DNA of 64,000 nt from a virus. This document shows positions 1 to 8,020 of this stretch, piece by piece (the stretch's first letter is position 1; every line of letters starts with the position of its first letter). The notes below the pieces were generated by a model that did no database searches, was not told where the DNA came from, and saw only the letters and a list, made by a program, of their open reading frames with translations. Both the position numbers and the translations under genes were made by a program. The stretch lies in IMG/VR virus record IMGVR_UViG_3300046501_000132, positions 106,685 to 170,684 of that record; one strand, 5' to 3'.

Positions 1-37
1 TACTGGAAGCCCTGCGTGATATGGGAGTAGAGCCGCT

Positions 38-469
38 GTGAGCAAATTTGAACATACCCGCAAGGCGTTTGAGGATCGTACATTCAACCGAAGATTCCTC
101 TGCGGCATCACGAAGGTTAGTGATAGTCAGTTCGCATTTGCAGTGAACTGCCCTCCGCAGCACGAGTTTGTGCAACGCGGTGATGATGGCGAATATCTGG
201 ATGAAACGCTCCGGATTATGTGGTGGGCCTGGAATGAGGCAATGGAAGAATCCACCAAGCTGAAACCGTTCTTCGCCAACTTCGAAGGTCGTTATCTAGG
301 CGCCACTGCGTTTGTGGTCGCTAAGAACAAAGAAGATGCGTTGTCGATTATTAATGATCATCGCGTATTGAACGGCATTTCGGATAAGACCGCCCCCTCG
401 CCTGACGAGGTTGAAGAAGTTGTCCTGACCGTCGAGGGATGTCCATATTTTGATAATGGAGATTATTGA
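38..469 (+). CDS. hypothetical phage protein
   Basis: 143-aa ORF, GTG start after GGGAG/AGAG, stop overlaps next start. Confidence 0.6.
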   Translation: MSKFEHTRKAFEDRTFNRRFLCGITKVSDSQFAFAVNCPPQHEFVQRGDDGEYLDETLRIMWWAWNEAMEESTKLKPFFANFEGRYLGATAFVVAKNKEDALSIINDHRVLNGISDKTAPSPDEVEEVVLTVEGCPYFDNGDY

Positions 470-696
470 TGCGGTTGAATACAACTTTTGAGGGAGAACC
501 TGAAGAACGTGGTTATCTAACCCGGAAGATCACAGTGGATCCATTCAAGGTGACTTCTGTTGAAACGAATGAATGTGGTAAGAATATCATCAGGCTGGAC
601 AATGGTGATGGATTCATTGTGAATTCCAAAGTTCCTGTGACCGAGATTCTTCAAAAGATCGAAGATGGTCGCAACGCTATCGTCCGTAGGCTGTAA
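469..696 (+). CDS. small protein, weak resemblance to FlbD-family fold
   Basis: TGATG overlap, GGAG RBS; pattern VDPFKVTSVE...IRLDNGDGFIV...VTEILQKI. Confidence 0.5.
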   Translation: MRLNTTFEGEPEERGYLTRKITVDPFKVTSVETNECGKNIIRLDNGDGFIVNSKVPVTEILQKIEDGRNAIVRRL

Positions 697-699
697 AGC

Positions 700-731
700 A
701 AAAATGACCGGGAGAAATCCCGGTCATTTTG
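700..731. terminator. bidirectional intrinsic terminator
   Basis: AAAATGACCGGGA-GAAA-TCCCGGTCATTTT between convergent genes. Confidence 0.85.
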
Positions 732-732
732 T

Positions 733-1503
733 TTAGATCATAGCAAGAACCCTGCCTGTGACAACCAGGTTGGGTAGCGTCGTTGTTACGACTAGATTGA
801 CGTTGTTTCCGCTAATCGAAGATGAAAGGCTGTAGAGGTTGGAGACATTCCCAACTTCATTGTATACGGAAATGTATGTGTCCGATCCGATCACAGTAAC
901 AATCGCTTCCTGGATCTGACGTTGAGAGCCAACTGAGTTCGAAACCGATACCAGAACCTTCATCGTATTGTAACGATCCTTGCGGAATGAGAATAAGTTG
1001 TTTGGTCCAGCAGAGACAATCGTTGTCGGAGTCGTTCCACCAGTATTATACAACCTGATCTTCGCCCAAGATGATGTTGTCGTGTCCCAACGCGAGAATT
1101 CTGATAGTCCATCCCCAGATCCATCGTCTTGGATAAACGTTACCTCATTTCCGGTATAGCCTGTATATTCAGAAGACAACGCCGCAGTACGTTCAGCTGC
1201 GTTCGTGAACACACCTCTAAATGAAGTGGAGCGAGTTAGATAATTGATCTTGCTATACTCAGCATCGGTTAGGACGTGGGTATTTGCATTCGAAAGCAAC
1301 TGAGTCTTAATGTTGGCTGGAAGGTTATTGGCGTCAACCATTCCCTTCAGAATCTTAGCCAACTCAGCGGATGCAACCTTCTGAGTTCCGCCTGAGAAGT
1401 CGTTCACGATAAGCGAAGCACTCAACGCTCCGCGCATTTCGGCAATCGCCTGGTCAATTTCTTGTCCAGTGAATACTGAGATATACTTTTGTGGTGTAGC
1501 CAT
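733..1503 (-). CDS. probable virion structural protein
   Basis: 256 aa, Ser/Thr/Gly/Asn-rich beta character, preceded by CTAAATA late-promoter motif. Confidence 0.6.
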   Translation of the reverse strand: MATPQKYISVFTGQEIDQAIAEMRGALSASLIVNDFSGGTQKVASAELAKILKGMVDANNLPANIKTQLLSNANTHVLTDAEYSKINYLTRSTSFRGVFTNAAERTAALSSEYTGYTGNEVTFIQDDGSGDGLSEFSRWDTTTSSWAKIRLYNTGGTTPTTIVSAGPNNLFSFRKDRYNTMKVLVSVSNSVGSQRQIQEAIVTVIGSDTYISVYNEVGNVSNLYSLSSSISGNNVNLVVTTTLPNLVVTGRVLAMI

Positions 1504-1566
1504 TATTGGTCCTTAAAGGTCTGACCCTTCATTTCCAGGCCATAAATTCATAGTGAGTGATATTAA

Positions 1567-1573
1567 TATTTAG
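1567..1573 (-). promoter_or_regulatory. T4-type late promoter CTAAATA
   Basis: same heptamer precedes other structural genes (12900-12906, 15089-15095). Confidence 0.65.
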
Positions 1574-1581
1574 TTTTTAGC

Positions 1582-1610
1582 TTTACTATGCTATGTAAAC
1601 GTAGTAGACT
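1582..1610 (+). promoter_or_regulatory. sigma70-like early/middle promoter
   Basis: TTTACT-N17-TAGACT, same class as more than 14 others in the window. Confidence 0.65.
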
Positions 1611-1638
1611 AGAGTTTAAGATATGGAGAATATGTAAT

Positions 1639-2865
1639 ATGAAAATTGCGGCTATCTATTGGCCCACTTCCTCGGTTGGAGGAATTAACTCGGTGCTCGT
1701 CGCTCTCCGGAAGGAAGCAGAGGCCAACGGAGACACTTTTGATGTGATCCGTTGTGGGAATCTGAAGACGATCAACCCGACCAAATTCGATGAACCGCAG
1801 CTGATTCGCGGCGGCGACACGTTCATCACCGTCCATGGCGAGTGCTCTCACCACCCGGACAAAGTTCAAGGCACGGTCAAGTTCTTGGAAGAGAACTATG
1901 ACGCGCTATACTTCGCATACATCTGTCCTCATGCCAATAAGGCTTATGGGGATGATCCGGTATTCTTGCCGATCTATACTGACACCAAACTCCCGAAGGT
2001 CGCATTCATCACGGATGCTTACTGGGACACATACAAAGACTGGGGCCTGATGTGCCTCCCTCACGTCAAGAAGACGTTGGTGACTCAACCCGCCTACGCG
2101 GAGCCGCTTCTGAAGTATGGACTGCCGGTTCAAGCAATTGATGCGCCGATCTTTCCTCAAGACGTAAGTCACATCAAGCGTTCGGAAGAACCGCTGGTGG
2201 TCTGGACTTCCCAATGGAAGAACATCAAGGGAATTACCAAGCTGATGCCGGTAATTCCCGAGATCACCAAGGTCGCCAAGATGGATATGTTCTCCAATGG
2301 TATCCTGTATTACCAGATGCGAGAAACCGATGAGTGGAAGGCGGCAATCGGTCGAGATCACTTCAAGGGATTCGATGGTCAAGGTGAAGCAGATTTCTTT
2401 GGCTATGTTCCCCTGGAGCAAATTCCTGAGATTCTGAAGCACTCGTGGTTCATGATTGACCTTCAGGGAATCGGCAATCCGAAATTCAAGGCATATACGC
2501 AAGGTGCGTATAATATCACGACAATCGAAGCGCTGTTGTATGGCTCGTGCCCGATCCTAGCCGATCAAGCCAAGCGTTCGATCATCCCTAATGAATTCTT
2601 CCTGACCGTTGAAGACGCGCGTCAGATTCCGGACCTGATCAAGAATAATCTGAAGTTCGCTCGCGATCAAGATCGTATCGCCGCTGCGCGGGAATGGGTT
2701 CTGGAACGCCATTCGTCCAGCAATATGTATAAGCAAGTGATCGATGCTCTGAACGGGCCGGACCCAGAACCGTTCGATCCAAGCAAGATCGTAGAAGCCG
2801 CGCCTGAACCGGAAAAGAAGCCGGAACCTGCCGCTGCTATGGATATGTTCAATATGTTTGTGTGA
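1639..2865 (+). CDS. GT-B fold glycosyltransferase, probably DNA-modifying
   Basis: N-terminal MKIAAIYW..VGGI, QWKNIKG, and YNITTIEALLYGSCPI acceptor/donor motifs; GGAG RBS before ATG 1639. Confidence 0.75.
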   Translation: MKIAAIYWPTSSVGGINSVLVALRKEAEANGDTFDVIRCGNLKTINPTKFDEPQLIRGGDTFITVHGECSHHPDKVQGTVKFLEENYDALYFAYICPHANKAYGDDPVFLPIYTDTKLPKVAFITDAYWDTYKDWGLMCLPHVKKTLVTQPAYAEPLLKYGLPVQAIDAPIFPQDVSHIKRSEEPLVVWTSQWKNIKGITKLMPVIPEITKVAKMDMFSNGILYYQMRETDEWKAAIGRDHFKGFDGQGEADFFGYVPLEQIPEILKHSWFMIDLQGIGNPKFKAYTQGAYNITTIEALLYGSCPILADQAKRSIIPNEFFLTVEDARQIPDLIKNNLKFARDQDRIAAAREWVLERHSSSNMYKQVIDALNGPDPEPFDPSKIVEAAPEPEKKPEPAAAMDMFNMFV

Positions 2866-2868
2866 TCT

Positions 2869-3432
2869 ATGACGACATTTTACGTGCTGGAAGCCCACAT
2901 TGACGATTCGTTCTTGTCGATGCACCGTCATATGACGGATTGGATCAAACAGGGCCATACCGTGATCATCGGTTCAGTCTACACCGGAGGTCGGAAACGC
3001 GACACGGAAATCAAGGCTTACGCTGAGCTCATAGGAGCCTCTACGCACTGCTATTTCCATGACCCTGAGCTAGACCCAGACCTGGGTGAGTTCACGCTCC
3101 CTAGCTCATTTATGCTGGGCCGTGAAGCACTCACAATCGTATGTCCTATCGCTATCCAGAACCACCAGCACGTGAAGCTGAGGGAATGGGTGGAGAAGTC
3201 GGTCAAGCCCGATCTGTATTACTTGGACATTCCGTACTACACCAAGGCCAAGAACGAAGACGAGGTCAACGAGAAGCTGAAAGGCTTCAAGATTGTGAGT
3301 GTGAAGAAGCCAACTCACATGAAGGGCAAGGACAAGTACTGGAAGTGCTTCAAAGGACAATCCAAGTATTTCTTCTATAACCCGCCTGAGAGTTGGGTTC
3401 AGATTCCGGAAATCCTATTGGAGAAAGAATGA
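2869..3432 (+). CDS. PIG-L/LmbE-family de-N-acetylase
   Basis: AHIDDS (HxDD metal motif), R..E motif, NHQH second His motif, YYLDIPY. Confidence 0.75.
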   Translation: MTTFYVLEAHIDDSFLSMHRHMTDWIKQGHTVIIGSVYTGGRKRDTEIKAYAELIGASTHCYFHDPELDPDLGEFTLPSSFMLGREALTIVCPIAIQNHQHVKLREWVEKSVKPDLYYLDIPYYTKAKNEDEVNEKLKGFKIVSVKKPTHMKGKDKYWKCFKGQSKYFFYNPPESWVQIPEILLEKE

Positions 3433-4664
3433 AGATCATTATCTATGATAACTTCGTTTGCTCTCCGATGGAAGGTCGTGGTGCGGCGGGTGGTCTGGAG
3501 AAGGTGGCGAAGGATGATGCTTTCAATCTGACTCGCGCTGGTCATGATGTGATCTTCTTGTATGCGGGACATCAATGCAAGTATGACTTCCCGTTCCGGA
3601 CGATGCAAGTTCACGAGAAGTCGAAAGAAGACGTCATCGAGCAAGACGGTAGCATCGTCGCTTGGCAGAATCGGGTCGTGGCGAATGTGATCAACATTAT
3701 CAAGCGTGAAGAGCCTGATATCATGTTGTATCATAGTCATACGACTTCCCCGGCCAAGAAGATCATCAAGGAAACTGGAATCCCGACGCTGATGACGATT
3801 CACGGGTTCCTGACGGGCAATCTGTTTATCGACACCGGGCGGATCACCGCCTATCGTGAACTTTGTGAAATGGGCGCGTATCTGGTCACCAATACAGAAG
3901 CCACCGGAAAGCGCATCTTCAAGCAGGCAAAGTTGGTTCGTGATCGCTACGTCAAGAACGAGCAGGATTATTGGAACTTCGTCCGAATCATTGATGATCA
4001 GCTTCCGTTCTATCATGACTTCCACCGGACATTCATGTTCGTGGAAGAAGAATTTGAGATCAAGGAATCGAGCGGGCGGGCGATCACCGCATCCCGCGCC
4101 GATCCTCTGAAGCTGACCCACAAGTTCAAGGACATCAAGCACCCGCTGGACATCTTCTGGAAGTCGTTCCCATCGACAAGTAAGACTTATCCCAAGTGGC
4201 TTGAAACCAACCGTGGATACTTCGGGGATAATCCTGATATCAAGTTCTATTGGAATTGGAAGTATAGCGGTATCATGGATACGTTCTCTCAAGCCAAGGC
4301 GTGTCTGATTACCTGGCCGGATGAGACTTTCGGATTGACTGCATTCGAAGCCGCACAAAAGGGCGTGCCGTCGATCTGTATGCATAAGGGTGAACTCAGT
4401 TGTACGGCTGAGTTCCTGTCGCGTGTTAGCAAGCCAGTTCTCATCGACTATCGGGACAAGAACTTCGTCGATCAAGTTGTAGATGCGCTCAATAATATCG
4501 ATGATAGTCTTCATACTCGTCAGGCTTTCGCAGAGGACTTCCGTACATACTTCAGCTATACTAGCTGGGTGAATGAGAAAGAGGAATTTATGCGCAGAGC
4601 GATCAATATGATGAAAGAGGTTGGTCGGCCTGAACCGAGTTCCCTGTTTAACGATTGGAGCTGA
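3429..4664 (+). CDS. GT4-like (GT-B) glycosyltransferase
   Basis: GGLEK N-terminal motif, TIHG, ETFGLTAFEA (E-X7-E); ATGA overlap with upstream gene. Confidence 0.85.
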   Translation: MKIIIYDNFVCSPMEGRGAAGGLEKVAKDDAFNLTRAGHDVIFLYAGHQCKYDFPFRTMQVHEKSKEDVIEQDGSIVAWQNRVVANVINIIKREEPDIMLYHSHTTSPAKKIIKETGIPTLMTIHGFLTGNLFIDTGRITAYRELCEMGAYLVTNTEATGKRIFKQAKLVRDRYVKNEQDYWNFVRIIDDQLPFYHDFHRTFMFVEEEFEIKESSGRAITASRADPLKLTHKFKDIKHPLDIFWKSFPSTSKTYPKWLETNRGYFGDNPDIKFYWNWKYSGIMDTFSQAKACLITWPDETFGLTAFEAAQKGVPSICMHKGELSCTAEFLSRVSKPVLIDYRDKNFVDQVVDALNNIDDSLHTRQAFAEDFRTYFSYTSWVNEKEEFMRRAINMMKEVGRPEPSSLFNDWS

Positions 4665-4665
4665 T

Positions 4666-5109
4666 GTGAGTGTTCTGAATGCAGTGAAGCGCGCCTATGG
4701 GGTCATGGAACAACGTGGGTGGGATACGGTCTATTGGGCTGTCGATCTCCACGGTGTATGTCTGGAATCCAACTACAAGCAGGGTGGTTACCAGTGGATC
4801 AACCAGACCGCGAAAGAGACGCTTCAGTTGATTTCGATGCTCCCCGAGAGCAAGATCATCCTCTGGTCGTCGGTACACGCCAATGAACAATACGATATTA
4901 TCAAGTTCTTTCGGGATGCAGATATTGCAGTTTTCGATTTCAATCAAAACCGATTCGAGAAAAGCAATCACTGTTCCAACTTCGATGAGAAGTTCTACTT
5001 CAGCGTTTTGCTGGATGATAAGGCTGGATTTGATCCGAAAACAGATTGGGCTGAGATTAACACGTATTTGACGTTGCAAGCGTATGGAAGAGGGTTGTTC
5101 AATGAATGA
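4666..5109 (+). CDS. HAD-superfamily phosphatase-like protein
   Basis: AVDLHG motif I variant, ILWSS motif II, LLDDKAG motif IV. Confidence 0.6.
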   Translation: MSVLNAVKRAYGVMEQRGWDTVYWAVDLHGVCLESNYKQGGYQWINQTAKETLQLISMLPESKIILWSSVHANEQYDIIKFFRDADIAVFDFNQNRFEKSNHCSNFDEKFYFSVLLDDKAGFDPKTDWAEINTYLTLQAYGRGLFNE

Positions 5110-5278
5110 ACATGAAGAAGAACTGAAGAAGCAACGCGAGTCGGTGGGTGAGATCATTGCCGACATCGTAGAAGGTGCGGTTGAAGTAGCAGGCGACGTG
5201 ATCGGTGGTTTCATCGAAGGCGTTGGTAATGTATGCGGCGCCATTTCTGAAGCCGCAAGTGAATGTACTTTGGACTAA
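5102..5278 (+). CDS. hypothetical protein
   Basis: overlapping operon member with GAGG RBS. Confidence 0.5.
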   Translation: MNEHEEELKKQRESVGEIIADIVEGAVEVAGDVIGGFIEGVGNVCGAISEAASECTLD

Positions 5279-5289
5279 GGAGTCAATCA

Positions 5290-5550
5290 ATGAGTATGAG
5301 TCAGTACGCGACAAAGGAAGAATACCAAGCGTCGCAAAACAATAAGCCGGTGGTGCATTTTCTCAATGAGGCCACTTTCGAAGACAACTGGATGGGAACC
5401 GGCTGTAAGGTTGCCCATTGTGTGGTGATCGATCACCCGCGTCTTGGTCAGAGTGATGTACGCACGAGTGCAGTCATCAAGATCAATGAGGATGGTTCGT
5501 TCGAAACTCGCAATAGCATCTACCAACCGATTCAACAACTGAACGGTTAA
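5290..5550 (+). CDS. hypothetical phage protein
   Basis: AAGGAG RBS; DHPRLG..VRTSAVIK..ETRNSIY pattern seen in small phage proteins. Confidence 0.6.
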   Translation: MSMSQYATKEEYQASQNNKPVVHFLNEATFEDNWMGTGCKVAHCVVIDHPRLGQSDVRTSAVIKINEDGSFETRNSIYQPIQQLNG

Positions 5551-6050
5551 TGGCTGGGCGGGTAGTTAAACCGCCAGTCAGACGAGAAAACGCTTACACA
5601 GAGGTGAGCGTTTTTCTTGCTGGCAGCATCGAAATGGGCAAGGCGGTCGATTGGCAGTACGCACTAGGCGAATCTCTGACCTACTTCCACGAAGTGGGTA
5701 ATATATACAATCCAAGGCGTGACGACTGGGACTCCAGTTGGGAACAGCGCAAGGATAATCCTCAGTTCAACGAACAAGTCACTTGGGAGTTGGATCATAT
5801 TGAGGATGCAGACATCGTATTCTTCAACTTTATCCCCGATACGCAATCCCCCATCACTCTCCTAGAGCTGGGATTTGCGCTGGGTCAGATGAAGGAAGTC
5901 ATCGTTTGTTGTCCTCCAGGCTTCTGGCGTAAGGGAAATATCGACATCCTTTGTGATCGTGAGTCGGTGACAGTTTATGATGACTACACGCAGGCAATCG
6001 CTGCACTATATAAGAGGATACACGGAATCTATGAGGAAATGAAACAATGA
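5550..6050 (+). CDS. nucleoside 2-deoxyribosyltransferase-like protein (NDT/DNPH1 fold)
   Basis: VFLAGSI, YNPRR, QVTWELDH, SPITLLELG motifs. Confidence 0.85.
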   Translation: MAGRVVKPPVRRENAYTEVSVFLAGSIEMGKAVDWQYALGESLTYFHEVGNIYNPRRDDWDSSWEQRKDNPQFNEQVTWELDHIEDADIVFFNFIPDTQSPITLLELGFALGQMKEVIVCCPPGFWRKGNIDILCDRESVTVYDDYTQAIAALYKRIHGIYEEMKQ

Positions 6051-6289
6051 ATATTGAAGTGCAAATCGCATTGCTAGAAAAACGCAAGCGTGAAATCGAA
6101 CTTGATTATGAGGCTGATGATAATCGCCTCCAAGGACTTCTGGCTGAAGGTCGGAAGATTGCCAAGATTGTAGACGCCAAGAAAGAAAAAGCCCAACATC
6201 TGGAATTCGCCATCACCAATCTTCGCGCTCTGCATGACATTGAGGTTGAGGAAGCGGTCCCTGAGGAAGACCCTTGGGGTGATGATTGA
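6047..6289 (+). CDS. coiled-coil hypothetical protein
   Basis: ATGA overlap, GAGG RBS. Confidence 0.55.
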   Translation: MNIEVQIALLEKRKREIELDYEADDNRLQGLLAEGRKIAKIVDAKKEKAQHLEFAITNLRALHDIEVEEAVPEEDPWGDD

Positions 6290-6653
6290 CATCACCAAGT
6301 TTCATAATCGGGCCAAACTGATATTCGACCGAGAGAATCTAGGCAACTACAAGCAGCGCGTAGTTGCTTTTGTCTTAGATTCCAAAGGTCGGATACTCAC
6401 AGAAGGATGGAATTCTTATACCAAGACGCATCCAGTCCAACAACAAGCTGCCTTGGCTCATGACGAGAAGAAGTGTTTTCTCCACGCTGAGATCCACGCT
6501 CTCACTCGACTGCGGTATAAGCAGTTGTCTAAGCAAGAAACAATTGTGGTGCTTCGGATGGACGTTAGTAAACGCTTACTTCCGGGCGCGCCCTGTAGCA
6601 TTTGTCAAGATGTTATCTCTCAGTTCGGGATCACGAACATCGTGCATTCCTAA
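6282..6653 (+). CDS. cytidine/deoxycytidylate deaminase-fold zinc protein
   Basis: HAE and PCSIC zinc motifs, GWNS. Confidence 0.8.
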   Translation: MIDITKFHNRAKLIFDRENLGNYKQRVVAFVLDSKGRILTEGWNSYTKTHPVQQQAALAHDEKKCFLHAEIHALTRLRYKQLSKQETIVVLRMDVSKRLLPGAPCSICQDVISQFGITNIVHS

Positions 6654-6677
6654 ATACAAGATATACTGGGAGAATCT

Positions 6678-6926
6678 ATGAAGACCGTCCAAGAATACCT
6701 AGAACTACTTGAAGTCAACCGGATCATTCAAGGTCTATCCAAGCGCAGTGGGAAGCCCGCCGACCATATCAATTCGATTTGGAAGGATACCGAGAAGGAA
6801 GTGCTGACTAAGCACAAATTCGGAGTTACGGATAAGTACAAAGAGATCGGTAAGCTAGTCCGTTCCAAGCTGGGCGTTGAGCCAAGCGATAAGGAAAAGG
6901 AAGACGAGGCAGATACAAAGAAGTAA
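6678..6926 (+). CDS. small late protein, possibly internal virion protein
   Basis: CTAAATA at 6650-6656 and GGAG RBS directly upstream. Confidence 0.6.
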   Translation: MKTVQEYLELLEVNRIIQGLSKRSGKPADHINSIWKDTEKEVLTKHKFGVTDKYKEIGKLVRSKLGVEPSDKEKEDEADTKK

Positions 6927-6961
6927 TCATAAAGAGTCCATATTTCTATGGACTCTTTTTC

Positions 6962-6989
6962 TTTACTTCTGCTATGTAAAGCGTATAAT
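6962..6989 (+). promoter_or_regulatory. sigma70-like promoter
   Basis: TTTACT-N16-TATAAT. Confidence 0.65.
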
Positions 6990-7041
6990 AGTCCCTATCG
7001 AAACGTTTTACATAGTACGAACTTCCTACCGGAGATATATC

Positions 7042-7266
7042 ATGAAGAACCTGCTCGCAACCCTGTGGTCGATGTTCACGCCGGAAGTCAAGACGACTCA
7101 CGTCAACAGCGTCTATGACTTGGGCTTCAAGGAAGAATCTGCCGAGTTGGCCGCCAAGCGCGCCGCTGCTCAAAAGAATCTGGAAACCTGGGGTCGGAAA
7201 CCGTTACTGAAGGGCGGTGCGTTCTCCCGTAATAATTCGGTTCTCCGCACTCAAGACCAATCGTAA
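7042..7266 (+). CDS. hypothetical protein
   Basis: GGAG RBS before ATG 7042, own promoter. Confidence 0.6.
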   Translation: MKNLLATLWSMFTPEVKTTHVNSVYDLGFKEESAELAAKRAAAQKNLETWGRKPLLKGGAFSRNNSVLRTQDQS

Positions 7267-7543
7267 GCGAATCTGTACTCACGTTAGGGTAAACCCTGAT
7301 CAGAAGTGACGTCATAAAATACGTCGCTTTTTTACTACGTTACGTTTAGTTACGCTTTTCTTTCGGAACTATAGGACGTATAATAGACCCTGTCGAATCG
7401 AGAAAACGAGCACTTACTTAATAGCGCGGTTTTCGCGGCGACGAAGCACTAAGTTTTAATCTGTATAGCTGGGGTCAAGGGTATAAGGCAATACCGCCGG
7501 TGTACCTATCTCATCAACCTTTTCAGGTAAAGGTATTAACAAC

Positions 7544-7927
7544 ATGTTCGCCGTTGAAGCCCAAGAAGTTGTGAATTCGGACGTTCAATCCCAAGCTGTA
7601 ACCGAAGTTTTTCTGTCGCACGGGTTCGGGGTATCGTTTCTGGATGACAATTCCGTTGCCCAGAACGGAGCGGTTCTTGAAGCGCTGGAGCGTATCGGCG
7701 CGGTAGAGCCGGGTGATATTGTGAAGGATAACGGCCTCACGTCCTTCACGGTCAATGCAGTTGAGCTGGCACAATTCCTCCACCTGGTGTATTGCAGCAC
7801 CCCGGAAGGAAAGAAACTGGTTGTGGAATTTGACGGACTTTTCCCGTTCCAATCCTACGATACCAGCGGCGTGTCGCGCAACTTCAATGCCCAGCTGATC
7901 ACCATCAGCGAGCAGACGGTACAATAA
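7544..7927 (+). CDS. hypothetical acidic protein
   Basis: AAGGT RBS, upstream TATAAT at 7379-7384, followed by terminator. Confidence 0.55.
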   Translation: MFAVEAQEVVNSDVQSQAVTEVFLSHGFGVSFLDDNSVAQNGAVLEALERIGAVEPGDIVKDNGLTSFTVNAVELAQFLHLVYCSTPEGKKLVVEFDGLFPFQSYDTSGVSRNFNAQLITISEQTVQ

Positions 7928-7956
7928 AGCCGTCCTCAAAAAGAGAGACAACATAC

Positions 7957-8017
7957 AAAAAGCCGCCCCTTTTGGGGCGGCTATTAAAAATGCCCGGTCG
8001 GTAAAACCGGGCATTTT
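7957..8017. terminator. two adjacent hairpin terminators between convergent genes
   Basis: AGCCGCCCC-TTTT-GGGGCGGCT and AAAATGCCCGGT...ACCGGGCATTTT. Confidence 0.8.
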
Positions 8018-8020
8018 GTA

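Noticed and set aside
7523-8014. Minus-strand 163-aa ORF
   Set aside because: Starts inside terminator hairpins; the + strand ORF has promoter, RBS and terminator support
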